DNA of 64,000 nucleotides from Opitutales bacterium (GCA_965226885.1 CBDDEL010000015.1:608001-672000); one strand, 5' to 3'. Numbered from the stretch's first letter, positions 1 to 11,043 are shown. A program made the numbers and translations. Notes: a model not told the origin generated them from the letters alone.

Positions 1-1051
1 CTTTGATACCCTGCGCCACGATCCATTGTTGCAAACGGTAACGGGGCGCATTGAAACGTTGGCCAGCGCGCCGACTTTGTGTCGTTTTGAAAACGGGCAG
101 GATCGGCGGGCGGCCTTTGCGGTAAACGAGCTGTTGGTCGAACAGTTCATGGGCTCCTTTGCCGAGGAACCCGAAGAGATCATCCTGGACTTTGACGCCA
201 CCGACAATCCGGTGCACGGGCTCCAGGAGGGACGTTTTTTCCACGGTTATTATGATCATTACTGTTTTCTGCCGCTATATGTTTTTTGCGGTGATCAGCT
301 GCTGGTGGCCTACCTGCGGCCGAGCAAGATCGATGCCAGCAAGCATGCTGGGGCCATCCTCAAATTGCTGGTTAAACGGATTCGCCAAAGCTGGCCCCGT
401 AAGCGGATTATTTGGCGCGCCGACAGTGGATTCTGTCGAGACCGGATACTCTCTTGGTGCGACCGCAACGAAGTTAGTTACATCGTGGGGATGGCTCGCA
501 ATGCACGCTTGCAGCAAGACGCCCAGCAGTTGCAAAAGCAGGCCAAAGAATGGTTCGAACTAAGGGGTAAAAAACAACGGTTATTCCAGGACTTCGTCTA
601 TGCTGCCGATTCGTGGCGATGGCTGCGGTTGGTCATCCATAAAGCCGAACACACCGCACAGGGGTCCAACCCGCGCTTCGTGGTGACGAACCTGCCGGGC
701 GATCCCCAGGAGCTTTACGACAAGGTATACTGTGGCCGCGGTGAAATGGAGAACCGAATCAAGGAACAGATGCAATTGTTCAGCGAGCGCACCAGCGCCC
801 ATCAATGGTGGGCCAATCAGTGGCGATTGCTCTTGTCGGCGCTGGCCTACACCTTGATGGAAGCCATGCGCCGGTTAGCCTTAAAAGGGACGAAGTGGGC
901 GCGGGCCCAATGCCACACCCTGCGGCTCAAATTAATCAAGATCGGAGCGGTCATCGTGCGCAACACCCGAACGATTCACTTTCACCTAAGTGAGAGTTAT
1001 CCTTGGGCCAGTCTTTTCAACCATGCGGCCCGCCGATTGGTGCCAACCTAA
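1..1051 (+). CDS. IS1380-family DDE transposase (5'-partial)
   Basis: Motifs LDFDATD, WRADSGF and RGEMENRIKE. Same protein as the other three copies. Confidence 0.93.
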   Translation, partial: FDTLRHDPLLQTVTGRIETLASAPTLCRFENGQDRRAAFAVNELLVEQFMGSFAEEPEEIILDFDATDNPVHGLQEGRFFHGYYDHYCFLPLYVFCGDQLLVAYLRPSKIDASKHAGAILKLLVKRIRQSWPRKRIIWRADSGFCRDRILSWCDRNEVSYIVGMARNARLQQDAQQLQKQAKEWFELRGKKQRLFQDFVYAADSWRWLRLVIHKAEHTAQGSNPRFVVTNLPGDPQELYDKVYCGRGEMENRIKEQMQLFSERTSAHQWWANQWRLLLSALAYTLMEAMRRLALKGTKWARAQCHTLRLKLIKIGAVIVRNTRTIHFHLSESYPWASLFNHAARRLVPT

Positions 1052-1220
1052 AGGGTGCATTGGTGCTGCCCCCGGCACTACCGAACCAATGGGGGAAAGG
1101 GGGCAGTGTCTCTACACCCTGAAAAACACCTAAAAATCAAGACGATCTGCTCAAAATACAAAGAAATCCATCTCCAATAGCAATAACGAGCCAAACTTTA
1201 CCCTTCATGAAATATCCGGG
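1..1220 (+). mobile_element. IS1380-family element, copy 1 (5' end outside window)
   Basis: Near-identical to the full copies at 13916, 50287 and 51866. Right IR ...CTTCATGAAATATCCGGG ends at 1220, followed by CTAG. Confidence 0.95.
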
Positions 1221-1291
1221 CTAGGGCGCACCGAATCCAAAGAGTTTGGCCGTCGTTTCACCAACCCCTTTAATCAAAAATGGGTAGTGTA

Positions 1292-1764
1292 TTAAGTAGG
1301 AATGGTGGCTAATTCTTGATTATATTGATGAATGAAAAGTCTCAGACAGGTTTCATGCATACTCTTAAGCTTGGAAAAGGAGAGGGTTTTGCGTGTGAAA
1401 CGACCCAGTCGTTGGCGCAGGGTATTGTTCCATCGTTCCACATGGGCCGTTTCACCGGTTTCTTTTCCCACGGATCGGTTATGAGGAAAGACTTCATCAT
1501 AAGTGCTCCAAAAGTCGCTGTAGGTGGCACATCTTTTGTAGGCCCGTGGCAGACGCTCGTAAAGTTCCCGGCAACGATACCAATCCCGAGGCCCAATGGC
1601 ATAGGAGAGGATTTGACGGGTGCGTCGGCAAAGAGCGATCCAAACCCATTGGGCATCGCTCTTGCGCCCCACAAAAGACCACAGTTCGTCCAGTTCAATG
1701 ACATCATGGCGGCGGGCCGCAAGAATCGTGCTTTTGAGCGGTCGCAGCGATTGTCGTTTTTTTT
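1292..1764 (-). CDS. insB: IS1 InsB-like DDE domain, reached by a frameshift at an A8 run
   Basis: ELDELWSFVG, YSDFW and HVERWNNTLRQRL motifs. The A8 run is at 1757-1764. Confidence 0.85.
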
Positions 1765-2009
1765 AACCAACTCAAACCGGTGTTGGGACTCACCCCGAAG
1801 GCGCGCTGTAAACCGCGTAGACTGCTGCGTTCCTGATAGACTCGAAGGATCATTTCTTTTTGCTCTTCGGTGTATTTCACTGTGGGGTTTTCGCGGCTTT
1901 GTTTACCACAATCATGGCAGCGGTAGCGCTGTTTATGGTTGGGCGTCTTGCCAAATTTAATTATATTTTCACTTCCACAGTGCCGACAATTAATAATTTT
2001 AGTAACCAT
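1704..2009 (-). CDS. insA: IS1 InsA-like protein (Zn ribbon + HTH)
   Basis: CRHCGS...QRYRCHDC zinc ribbon followed by an SSLRGLQRAFGVS HTH. Confidence 0.88.
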   Translation of the reverse strand: MVTKIINCRHCGSENIIKFGKTPNHKQRYRCHDCGKQSRENPTVKYTEEQKEMILRVYQERSSLRGLQRAFGVSPNTGLSWLKKTTIAATAQKHDSCGPPP

Positions 2010-2456
2010 GCACTAAGAATAAACTGCCTAACGCTATTTGTACAGCTAAAAATACAAAATAACATTCTTTTTTTATACACTACCCAAAAAGGAGCCATAG
2101 AAATGCCCGAAAAAAAGACCGACAAATCCAACGAAAATGGGAACCCATGGATGGATCCTCTTCAGTCCCGCCATAACGCTTTCACCGTGTTGGTTGCAAA
2201 GCTGATACTTGGCAATTATGGAAACGAATATGAAGCGTACGAAAAGAGCTATCGCCATCGCCCACATCAGCGAATAACCATAGTTGCCTCCCGCCACGGC
2301 CGAATCGACCAAGTCCCCGGCGCCCAGCCAGGTCAGGGCCATAACGATTCCCGGACCAATGGATCTGATGTATTGGCCGAAAGATTTTGGTATCTGAACT
2401 TCAGATTTTGTCATAATTGATGTGCACTGGAAAAAGTGGACACGAGATTCTCCTAA

Positions 2457-2768
2457 ATGGAGAATCGAAGCATGGGAAGAAGACGCTTTAGTATAGAGTT
2501 CAAAAATGAGGCAGTTCAACTGATGATACTCGATGGTCTGAGCGCCACCGAGGTATCGACCAAACTTGGGGTCAACACCAACCAATTGTATAGGTGGAAG
2601 AGGCTCTATCTGGACGATCAGCAGGGCGAAGCCACCTCAAAGCGACAGAGCAGTCCGAAGGAGATGGCGGCCGAGATAGATCGTCTTCGCAAAGAGCTGC
2701 GCCGCTCGGAGCGGATCAACCAGATACTAAAAAAAACGGTGGGCTACTTTGCCAAGGACGAACAATGA
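2457..2768 (+). CDS. IS3 OrfA (HTH)
   Basis: RRRFSIEFKNEAV...LYRWKR plus a coiled coil ending ILKK. Slippery A8 at 2729-2736. Confidence 0.9.
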   Translation: MENRSMGRRRFSIEFKNEAVQLMILDGLSATEVSTKLGVNTNQLYRWKRLYLDDQQGEATSKRQSSPKEMAAEIDRLRKELRRSERINQILKKTVGYFAKDEQ

Positions 2769-3682
2769 AGTACCAGTTTGTCAAAGACAACGAGGGGCGC
2801 TTCAAGATCGAGGAAATATGCTCGGCGATGGGGATTTGTCGCAGTGGCTATTACTGCTGGAGGCACCGAGCGCCCTCGGCCCGGCGGATCGAGGACGAGG
2901 GAATCAAGGGGGCGATCCTGAAGGTACACAAAGAGGCCAAGGGCCGCTATGGGCATCGGCCAATGCACCGCCATCTGAAGGATGATGAGGGCATCGATTG
3001 CGGCCGTGACCGGGCTCTGCGTCTGATGCGTGAAATGGGAATCAAAAGCACCCAGAGTAAACGCTTTAAGCCATTAAGAACCAACAGTAACCATCCCTAT
3101 GGTTACAGCCCCAATGTGCTTAAAAAGCATGGCCAGCCGACCCATATCGACGAGGTCTGGGTGGCGGACACGACCTACCTACGGACCCTGGCCGGTTGGA
3201 TGTACTTGGCCACGGTGATGGACCTGTTCAGCCGACGCCTGCTGGGCTGGAGCGTTTCCAACCACAACGACGCGAAGCTGGTTGGCAAGGCCCTCAAAGC
3301 CGCGGCCATGACCCGCGGCACACTGCGCACCGGGATTATTCATCACAGCGATCGGGGCAGCCCCTACGCCAGCGACGACTATCAGAGGCTGGTCTCTGAA
3401 CTAGGCATGAAGCCGAGCATGAGCGCCCAAGGCAACTGCTACGACAACGCGGCCATGGAATCGTTCTACGGCCGCTTCAAGACCAGCACGATTCGAGGCC
3501 GCCACTTTGCCGACGAGCGCGAACTGCGATCAACTGTCTTCGAATACGTGGAAATCTTCTACAACCGATATCGCAAACATTCCTCTCTGAGTTACCAAAG
3601 CCCAGTCCAATTCGAGGAAAATATTTGCCCCCCATGGGGGGCAACGAGAAAACAAAACCCTTTACCAAAACAAGCCGCCTGA
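2765..3682 (+). CDS. IS3 OrfB integrase-like DDE transposase
   Basis: WVADTTY, HSDRGSPY and GNCYDNAAMESF motifs. In the -1 frame relative to OrfA. Confidence 0.92.
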   Translation: MKYQFVKDNEGRFKIEEICSAMGICRSGYYCWRHRAPSARRIEDEGIKGAILKVHKEAKGRYGHRPMHRHLKDDEGIDCGRDRALRLMREMGIKSTQSKRFKPLRTNSNHPYGYSPNVLKKHGQPTHIDEVWVADTTYLRTLAGWMYLATVMDLFSRRLLGWSVSNHNDAKLVGKALKAAAMTRGTLRTGIIHHSDRGSPYASDDYQRLVSELGMKPSMSAQGNCYDNAAMESFYGRFKTSTIRGRHFADERELRSTVFEYVEIFYNRYRKHSSLSYQSPVQFEENICPPWGATRKQNPLPKQAA

Positions 3683-3998
3683 CACACTAATCAATAAACA
3701 ATGAATATAAGAGAATCCCGTGTCCAACAAATCCAGTACACGTCATAATAAAGTATTAAAAGAGAGTGGTTGATAAATAAGTTGTTTGTGGTTTATTAAG
3801 AATAAATTTGGATTGGTTACAACAAATAATCCATAGTCTTATTCTGCCACGAAAAATGAAGATAACCATAAGGATATTAAGGCATGAAAACGAGCCTCCC
3901 CGAAGCTACTTATCTGACCCATGAATTTTCCCCATGCGCCATGGAATGCAATTTTGGGATTGATTGATTCGATCAAAAACAGATCTAGGTCAAAAAGT

Positions 3999-5177
3999 TC
4001 AGATGCGCTTTCTTACGGTGAAAAAAGTACCGCGAACGATTCTTTCGTCTTCCTCGTCGACTTCGTGATAGACCTGGATTGTGTCGGGGGCGACTTCCAG
4101 AATGTAATTGTAAGCTCCGGTATTTCCAAACTGGAATGCCCCTTTCCAGGTTTGCCCGTTGTCGTCTGAGAATATCAACCAGTTGCCGGGCCGGCTGTAG
4201 GTACAAACAATTATCCCGTTGCGCATGGTTACGAGATTCGGGCATACGCCTCGATCCGCTATCTGGACCGGAGGCGTCCAACTACGCCCGGCGTCGCTCG
4301 AACGCGAACAGTAAAGGGGAGTGGGGAAAAGGGTGGCGGCAGCTTCATTGCGCCCGCCTGACCGCATCACGCAGATGAGATCTCCGTTTGGCGCAAGGGT
4401 CAGATCCGCTTCGCGGAAGCCTTCCTGGGTAATGGCCGGAACAATCGCGGTTGGGCTGACACGGCTGGGAGGTATACTCAGGCCGACTTGTTCGTGATCC
4501 TTGGGGACGCCGCGCCCCAGCATCGTATCATAGGCGACCAGGACGTGATTGCCCCAGGTGCGGCCTTTATCCTTGGAGAAAACAACGATGGTGCGGTATT
4601 TCCTCTGGTTCAGAGCGGGGGGATAACCATCGCAAAGAACGGTGTCGCCCTCGTAGTTGCCGTACATCGTGCCGATGAGATTGCCATCTGGGAGCTCAAG
4701 GATGCCGTGGTGAAAGAGAAATCCGTCCACCCGGCTCCCGCTTCCTGTCACGGTATAGGAAGCGTTCGGAATGTCGATAACCGCCTCCTCCTTTTTCACG
4801 GTTTTCCAATTATCGAGCGACCGGCGCTGGTTGGCGGTGAACTTGCCATCGGGCCTTACCTTCGAATTGCGCCCGACTGCAAGAATCTCGCGGCCCAGGT
4901 CGATTGCGACCTTTTCTCCGGGTCCCTCCGGGCCGTGCTCGAACGTATGCCCGCCGTCCAGAGACCAAAAACTTTCATCCTTGGAGCCCACAACAATACG
5001 TCCATCGTCAAACATAAAAGCCATTGCCGTCTTGTGTGAGGGTATTGAAACGTAATCGCCGGTCCGAACATCAATACCCGGGATGTCAGGAATTTCCGCA
5101 AAGTAGCGTTCCGCGTAAGCAGACGCTGTGACAAGCATCAAGCAAAGGGCGAAATTGAAGGTATTTCGTAGTTTCAT
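3999..5177 (-). CDS. Secreted BNR/Asp-box (sialidase-like) beta-propeller protein
   Basis: Signal peptide plus Asp-boxes SLDGGHTF, SKDKGRTW, SSDAGRSW and SDDNGQTW. Confidence 0.8.
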   Translation of the reverse strand: MKLRNTFNFALCLMLVTASAYAERYFAEIPDIPGIDVRTGDYVSIPSHKTAMAFMFDDGRIVVGSKDESFWSLDGGHTFEHGPEGPGEKVAIDLGREILAVGRNSKVRPDGKFTANQRRSLDNWKTVKKEEAVIDIPNASYTVTGSGSRVDGFLFHHGILELPDGNLIGTMYGNYEGDTVLCDGYPPALNQRKYRTIVVFSKDKGRTWGNHVLVAYDTMLGRGVPKDHEQVGLSIPPSRVSPTAIVPAITQEGFREADLTLAPNGDLICVMRSGGRNEAAATLFPTPLYCSRSSDAGRSWTPPVQIADRGVCPNLVTMRNGIIVCTYSRPGNWLIFSDDNGQTWKGAFQFGNTGAYNYILEVAPDTIQVYHEVDEEDERIVRGTFFTVRKRI

Positions 5178-6656
5178 TTAATGAATTAGGTCGAAACTAA
5201 ATAAGGAGCCGTTTGTCCAGGAAAATTCAAACTGCACCTGTTGCCCTTGGAGTGTCGAAAGATCCTTTCCCCAACTTACCCCATGCCTGAGTGAATCCCC
5301 ATTCACAGGCTGGCAATCCACAAAATCGAAATCTTCGAAGGTGTCTCCATTTTTGTCCAACACGCGTACGCGTAGAGCACCCTGAAAACCTAAAATGTCG
5401 GCGTTGACGGTCATAGATCCCGCCTTCAATATGGCGGGCGCGGTCACCAGCCGCCCCTCCCCGAAATCCGCGTCCCATGATACATATCGATCGCGCTTCA
5501 TCTTTGCCATCCCGATCTGACGCTCCCTGAACCGTTCCGCCTTGTGGCCGCGAGCATAACCGCCATAGTAAAGGTAAACTTCGTCGCCGACCAGCACCTG
5601 ACAATCGACCCAAACGTGGGCGCGGTCCCATGAACCGGATCTGGAATTCCGGTCCAAGAACGGTTCGATGTCGCGCCGCCAGGTGCGTCCGTCCCGGCTC
5701 CATGCCAATGTGGTGTATCCGATCCCGGCAGCTTTTCGTTCAGGATCGCCCAAATTCGAAGACACCATATTGGGCTCGGCGTTCAGGTCGTCCCGCAGCA
5801 CCTTAACCAGTCCCAAAAGCAAATAGCCGCGCCTTAAAATGCCATTCATGCAATAAAATTGCGTTTCTCCCCAATCACCCATTTCTGGTTGGATGATCGA
5901 CCATGGTTTCTCCCAATTAACCAGATCCTTGCTGACGCTCTGATGAGGGATGCGACGACGGATGCCCGACCAAGTCGAACCCGCCGTAACATTGATCGAC
6001 ACAAACGCAATGTATTGCTTGCGTATGGGATCCCATTGAATCGAATTAATATCGTGGTTGTGTGGCAGGACGACTCCGGGTCGAAGCATCTTCCACTTTA
6101 GACCGTCCGATGAAACGGCGATTTTCAAACCGCCAACTCCGTCTTCATCTTTTCCCCAGAAACCGTAGGCGAAACGCTCCGCAAGTTGCCCGAAATCCTT
6201 CCCACGGTCCAGCACGCTGGCGCCGAATTGGATATGGTCCGGATCTTCCAGAACCCGATGGGGACGATTCCAGTGGATGCCGTCCCGAGAGGTGATATGT
6301 CCCAAGTGGGATTGCGACCTATTTTCCGGCGTATTGTACCACATGCGAAACATACCATCGTCTGGATATTGCACAACGGTTATGTAGGGTTGAAAATTTT
6401 CGTCTTCGAGGGAAGTTACGACCGGATGCGGAAGCCGCTCCGGTTCATGTATGGTTCGACGGATGTTGGCCTGATCATAAATCAGCAACTGGTCGAGGAG
6501 CAGGTAGGGTCCCGGCTCGTAGGCAAATTCCGGTTGGTTGCTCTGTTGGGCCATCAACAAGTGGGAACCACCCAAAATGGAGAGGACCGTCAAGAAATTT
6601 AACAACGGATGCCGGCGGCCGGGGAGGATTAGCGTACTTGTGCGATTTAATATCAT
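5178..6656 (-). CDS. Secreted beta-propeller glycoside hydrolase-like protein (GH32/43/130-like fold)
   Basis: Repeated SRDGIHW, SSDGLKW, SKDLVNW and SRDGRTW motifs. N-terminal hydrophobic segment. Confidence 0.65.
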   Translation of the reverse strand: MILNRTSTLILPGRRHPLLNFLTVLSILGGSHLLMAQQSNQPEFAYEPGPYLLLDQLLIYDQANIRRTIHEPERLPHPVVTSLEDENFQPYITVVQYPDDGMFRMWYNTPENRSQSHLGHITSRDGIHWNRPHRVLEDPDHIQFGASVLDRGKDFGQLAERFAYGFWGKDEDGVGGLKIAVSSDGLKWKMLRPGVVLPHNHDINSIQWDPIRKQYIAFVSINVTAGSTWSGIRRRIPHQSVSKDLVNWEKPWSIIQPEMGDWGETQFYCMNGILRRGYLLLGLVKVLRDDLNAEPNMVSSNLGDPERKAAGIGYTTLAWSRDGRTWRRDIEPFLDRNSRSGSWDRAHVWVDCQVLVGDEVYLYYGGYARGHKAERFRERQIGMAKMKRDRYVSWDADFGEGRLVTAPAILKAGSMTVNADILGFQGALRVRVLDKNGDTFEDFDFVDCQPVNGDSLRHGVSWGKDLSTLQGQQVQFEFSWTNGSLFSFDLIH

Positions 6657-6922
6657 ATTTCTGCTTTGTATTGGCTGGAAGCGTGAGGTTAAAAGTCTGA
6701 TAATCGAATTTAAAAGGAAACTATACAGCGAAATCGCCCTTGCATTGCAGATTTCCGTTAATAATACGGGATCGCACCCCGGCAGTCCAGGGATTTATCG
6801 TGATTTTGGCAACAGATCAGCATACTTCTTCCAATAAATTATTAAAGCCTATCTGCTTAAAATCTAGTGACAACTCGATCAATTGCTGTTCCCATAATTC
6901 AGTGACCAAGTGTTATGGTGGC

Positions 6923-7716
6923 ATGGATTATATTTTCCATTTCTATCTGCATCTCACTCAAACTACATACAAAAATATTTCCTTCCAAACCAAATTTAAA
7001 CGAGACACGAATTTTTTCGCTGTCGGATTGCTGTCTCTGGCACTGATGGGTTGCTCGGCGGAAAAGGCCGGGGTTGTGTTCAAATACAGCCACTCACAGC
7101 CAGAACAATCACCGCGCAGCCAATCCATGATATTCTTTGAGAAGGAGTTGGAGGCGCGTTCGAGCGGGCGCATACAGGTCGAAAATTATTTCGCCGCGGT
7201 TCTGGGGAACGAACGCGAAATGATGGATATGGTTGCGATGGGTACGCTTCAGGGGACGCGGGGCGGACTCTTCATCGACGCCAATCCGAAATACGCGATT
7301 TATATGCTTCCATTCATGGTGGAGAATTGGTACCAGGCTTTGAGGCTGATCAAAAGTGATTTCACAAAAAAAATCAATGAAGATGCCCGATCCAACGGTT
7401 TCCACATTCCGGCCACGGGAATTTCTCAAGGCTTCCGCGCCCACACGAACAACGTTCGCCCGGTGAAGTCGCCGGAAAATCTGAAGGGGCTGAAAATGCG
7501 CGTGCCACCGCAGGAGGTCTATCGGGCACTCAAAACCGGTGTTCTCGACGGACAGGACAACCCACCGTCAAACATCTGGGATTATAAGATTTTCGAAGTC
7601 CAGAAATATATGACCGTGACTAACTACGCGACAGGGCCGGACCCCTTCATGGTAAATCTCGATTGGTATAACTCGCTCCCAGACGATCTTAAGAAGATAT
7701 TCGACGAAGTCGCAAT
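6923..7716 (+). pseudogene. TRAP substrate-binding protein DctP, truncated by IS1 and internally deleted
   Basis: Lipobox ALMGC and motifs LGNEREM, GFRA, LKGLKMRV, DGQDNP. The 3' end is cut at IS1 (7717). Start position uncertain. Confidence 0.8.
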
Positions 7717-8518
7717 GGTAGTGTATTAAGTAGGAATGGTGGCTAATTCTTGATTATATTGATGAATGAAAAGTCTCAGACAGGTTTCATGCATACTCTT
7801 AAGCTTGGAAAAGGAGAGGGTTTTGCGTGTGAAACGACCCAGTCGTTGGCGCAGGGTATTGTTCCATCGTTCCACATGGGCCGTTTCACCGGTCTCTTTT
7901 CCCACGGATCGGTTATGAGGAAAGACTTCATCATAAGTGCTCCAAAAGTCGCTGTAGGTGGCACATCTTTTGTAGGCCCGTGGCAGACGCTCGTAAAGTT
8001 CCCGGCAACGATACCAATCCCGAGGCCCAATGGCATAGGAGAGGATTTGACGGGTGCGTCGGCAAAGAGCGATCCAAACCCATTGGGCATCGCTCTTGCG
8101 CCCCACAAAAGACCACAGTTCGTCCAGTTCAATGACATCATGGCGGCGGGCCGCAAGAATCGTGCTTTTGAGCGGTCGCAGCGATTGTCGTTTTTTTTAA
8201 CCAACTCAAACCGGTGTTGGGACTCACCCCGAAGGCGCGCTGTAAACCGCGTAGACTGCTGCGTTCCTGATAGACTCGAAGGATCATTTCTTTTTGCTCT
8301 TCGGTGTATTTCACTGTGGGGTTTTCGCGGCTTTGTTTACCACAATCATGGCAGCGGTAGCGCTGTTTATGGTTGGGCGTCTTGCCAAATTTAATGATAT
8401 TTTCACTTCCACAGTGCCGACAATTAATAATTTTAGTAACCATGCACTAAAAATAAACTGCCTAACGCTATTTGTACAGCTAAAAATACAAAATAACATT
8501 CTTTTTTTATACACTACC
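7717..8518 (-). mobile_element. IS1-family element, copy B (802 bp; insA 8138-8443, insB frame to 7726)
   Basis: Nearly identical to copy A. Flanks GTCGCAAT / AAATCAGG show no TSD. Confidence 0.93.
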
Positions 8519-8858
8519 AAATCAGGTGGTCGAATTGGCGCCTTTTCCGGTTTATGACAGCCTGCAACAGTTCAACCGACCGTCTCGGGTTCGGCCCGGC
8601 CAGAGAGCAGTTGAAACACCACGCCGCCTCCACCGGTTGGAGCGCATTGGGCACGCTGTAAAAATCGCCCGCCGCCAGGACAACCCAATGGCCGTCTTTT
8701 TCAAAAGCCAGCAGAGGCCGCGGCGGATGCAGGTGTTTGTGCGCCGCCAGAATCCAGTCGCTGCCCGAGCAATAGGTGGCGATGCCGGGCGTTGCCGCCA
8801 CGGCGGTGTCGAATTCGCAGGCGCGACGCTTAAATTCCTCCAGTCCGAATTTCCGCAC
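8519..8858 (-). pseudogene. 5' fragment of a probable GNAT/CelD-like protein, truncated by IS1
   Basis: The ORF follows tsaD co-directionally and runs into the IS1 end. Family assignment is tentative. Confidence 0.5.
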
Positions 8859-8871
8859 TTTCGGCCGCCTT

Positions 8872-9921
8872 TCAATCGAGGGTCAGCGACGGGTAAAAAG
8901 AGAGCGAACGATCGCTGTCGGGATGAATTCCGTGCGGGTCCGCGAAGGCGGCAAAAGCAATCATGGCGGCATTGTCACCGGTGTGATCGGGGCGGGCCGC
9001 GAAAAAAGGAAGCCCGGTTTTTTCCGCCAACCGGGAAAAGGCGGAGCGCAGCCGCCCGTTGTTGGCCACCCCTCCCGACAATCCTAGACTGGCAAAATTC
9101 TCCGTATTGAGAACCTGGCCGGTTTTGCGAACCAGCGCATCGACCACCGCTTCCTGGTAGCTGGCGCAAAGATCGGAAAAAGAGGATTCCAGGGCGGCAT
9201 CGTCCATTTTTTCCAGGCGGTAGCGAAGGCTCGTTTTCAATCCTGAAAAACTGAATTTCCTCTCGCCAGTGTGGTAAAATGCCCTGGGGAACTGAAATGC
9301 GTCCGGGTTTCCCGATTCCGCTCTTTCCTCGATGGCCGGACCTCCCGGAAAACCCAGTCCCAGCAATTTGGCCCCTTTGTCGAGAGCCTCTCCGGCCGCG
9401 TCGTCCACCGTGCGGGCGATCATTTCAAATTTGTTGCCGGGATGGATGACGAAGAGGAGCGTGTTGCCCCCGGAAACGATGAGGCCGAGATGGGGCAGCA
9501 GTTTTTGCAGATTTTTCTCAAAATTGTCGGGATTTTCCTCATGCAAGTTAATGAATGGGGAAAAGGCGTGCCCGCGCAAATGGTTGACGCCGGCCAGGGG
9601 CGCTTTCCAGGCGAGGGCCAGGCTTTTGCCCAGGGCCACTCCGATTGCCAGGCAGCCGGCCAGACCCGGCCCGCAGGTAACCGCTATTTTATCCGCTTTG
9701 CCACCCTCCAACAATTCCATTACCTTTTCCAGCAAGAGAGGGAAATTGGTCAGGTGTTCGCGACTGGCCAGGTCGGGTACGACCCCGCCGTATTCGCCAT
9801 GCAGGGCGATCTGGGTATGCACCCATTCCCCCCGAAGTCCCCGCGCCGGGTCGAACAGAGCCAGGGCGGATTCATCGCAGGAACTCTCAATGGCGAGGAT
9901 CACAGGAGCATTCAAGGGCAT
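8872..9921 (-). CDS. tsaD: tRNA N6-adenosine threonylcarbamoyltransferase
   Basis: [51 protein letters not shown] and DNAAMIA motifs. Confidence 0.96.
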   Translation of the reverse strand: MPLNAPVILAIESSCDESALALFDPARGLRGEWVHTQIALHGEYGGVVPDLASREHLTNFPLLLEKVMELLEGGKADKIAVTCGPGLAGCLAIGVALGKSLALAWKAPLAGVNHLRGHAFSPFINLHEENPDNFEKNLQKLLPHLGLIVSGGNTLLFVIHPGNKFEMIARTVDDAAGEALDKGAKLLGLGFPGGPAIEERAESGNPDAFQFPRAFYHTGERKFSFSGLKTSLRYRLEKMDDAALESSFSDLCASYQEAVVDALVRKTGQVLNTENFASLGLSGGVANNGRLRSAFSRLAEKTGLPFFAARPDHTGDNAAMIAFAAFADPHGIHPDSDRSLSFYPSLTLD

Positions 9922-10002
9922 ATGACAGAGAAAATCAAAACATCCGGCGGCAAAATGCAATGTTGTGTTGCCGCGGTCGAAAAGGGGCTACTTATTTCAA
10001 TC

Positions 10003-11031
10003 ATGCAAGCCATTGTAAAAAAAGAAGCGGGACCCGGCCTGGCTCTGAAAAGAGTGCGCATTCCGGAGCCGGGCCATAACGATGTCCTCATCAAAGTGCT
10101 CAAGACTTCCATTTGCGGGACCGATGTGCATATCGACCTGTGGGACGACTGGGCGGCAAAAACGATCAAGGCGCCCATGATTATCGGCCATGAGTTTGTC
10201 GGCCGGGTCCATGCCCTGGGCAAGAACGTGCAGGGTTCTCAAAAAGGGGACCTGGTCACGGGCGAGGGGCATCTTGTCTGCGGGCATTGCCGCAATTGCC
10301 TGGCCGGACGGCGGCATTTGTGCAGTAATACGGTGGGGGTGGGGGTGCATCGCGACGGCGCTTTTGCCGAGTATGTCTGCATACCGGCCACCAATGTCTG
10401 GCATGCCGATCCGGCCATATCCACCGAGGTCATTTCCTGTTTCGACCCTTTGGGCAATGCAGTGCATACGGCGTTGACTTACGATCTGGTGGGGGAAGAT
10501 GTCCTCATAACCGGGGCCGGGCCCATCGGCTGCATGGCGGTGGCCATTGCCAAACACGCGGGGGCCCGCCATGTCGTGGTGACCGACCTCAACCCCTACC
10601 GGCTGGACCTGGCCCGCCAGATGGGCGCTTCCGTAGCCATCGACCCGCGCAGCGAATCATTAAAAGATGTGAAAAAGCTGCTCGATATGAAAGAGGGCTT
10701 CGATTTTGGGTTGGAAATGTCCGGCAGTCCGCAAGCCCTCAGCGAGATGATCGACGTCATGTTCCACGGCGGGAGCATCGCCCTACTGGGTCTGCCCTCC
10801 AAGAACATCACCATCGACTTGAACTCCATCATCTTCAATGGGCTGACCTTAAAAGGCATCTACGGGCGCAAAATGTACGAGACCTGGTATAAAACCACGG
10901 TCATGCTACAGGCCGGTCTCGACATCGAACCAGTGATCACCCACCGCTTCCATTACACCGAATTTCAAAAAGGCTTCGAACTAATGAAAAGCGGCCAATG
11001 CGGAAAAGTCATCCTCGTCTGGTCGAAGTAA
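10003..11031 (+). CDS. tdh: L-threonine 3-dehydrogenase
   Basis: [32 protein letters not shown] and [12 protein letters not shown] motifs. Confidence 0.96.
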   Translation: MQAIVKKEAGPGLALKRVRIPEPGHNDVLIKVLKTSICGTDVHIDLWDDWAAKTIKAPMIIGHEFVGRVHALGKNVQGSQKGDLVTGEGHLVCGHCRNCLAGRRHLCSNTVGVGVHRDGAFAEYVCIPATNVWHADPAISTEVISCFDPLGNAVHTALTYDLVGEDVLITGAGPIGCMAVAIAKHAGARHVVVTDLNPYRLDLARQMGASVAIDPRSESLKDVKKLLDMKEGFDFGLEMSGSPQALSEMIDVMFHGGSIALLGLPSKNITIDLNSIIFNGLTLKGIYGRKMYETWYKTTVMLQAGLDIEPVITHRFHYTEFQKGFELMKSGQCGKVILVWSK

Positions 11032-11043
11032 AAGACACCTTGG

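Larger units (their letters stand above)
1283..2084 (-). mobile_element. IS1-family element, copy A (802 bp)
   Basis: Ends GGTAGTGTAT / ATACACTACC. Flanks CAAAAATG / CAAAAAGG form an 8-bp TSD with 1 mismatch. Confidence 0.93.
1225..2414 (-). pseudogene. Nramp/MntH-like transporter disrupted by IS3, IS1 and IS1380
   Basis: ATG at 2414 gives MTKSEVQIPKSFGQYIRSIGPGIVMALTWLGAGDLV...GGNYGYSLMWA. The frame continues across the IS1 (..FYGSFL|IKGVGETTAKLFGFGA) until IS1380 at 1220. Confidence 0.82.
2418..3745 (+). mobile_element. IS3-family element (1328 bp)
   Basis: TG...CA ends with imperfect IRs TGATGTGCACTGGAAAAAGTGGACAC / GTGTCCAACAAATCCAGTACACGTCA. 4-bp TSD TAAT at 2414-2417 and 3746-3749. 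Confidence 0.95.

Noticed and set aside
1283..8518. Composite transposon bounded by the two IS1 copies
   Set aside because: The outer flanks do not match, and copy A has its own near-perfect TSD within one gene.
9271..10002. 586-aa extended Tdh and the many antisense or overlapping ORFs in the track
   Set aside because: These are shadow frames of GC-rich genes. Tdh homology starts at ATG 10003, and the extension overlaps tsaD on the opposite strand.
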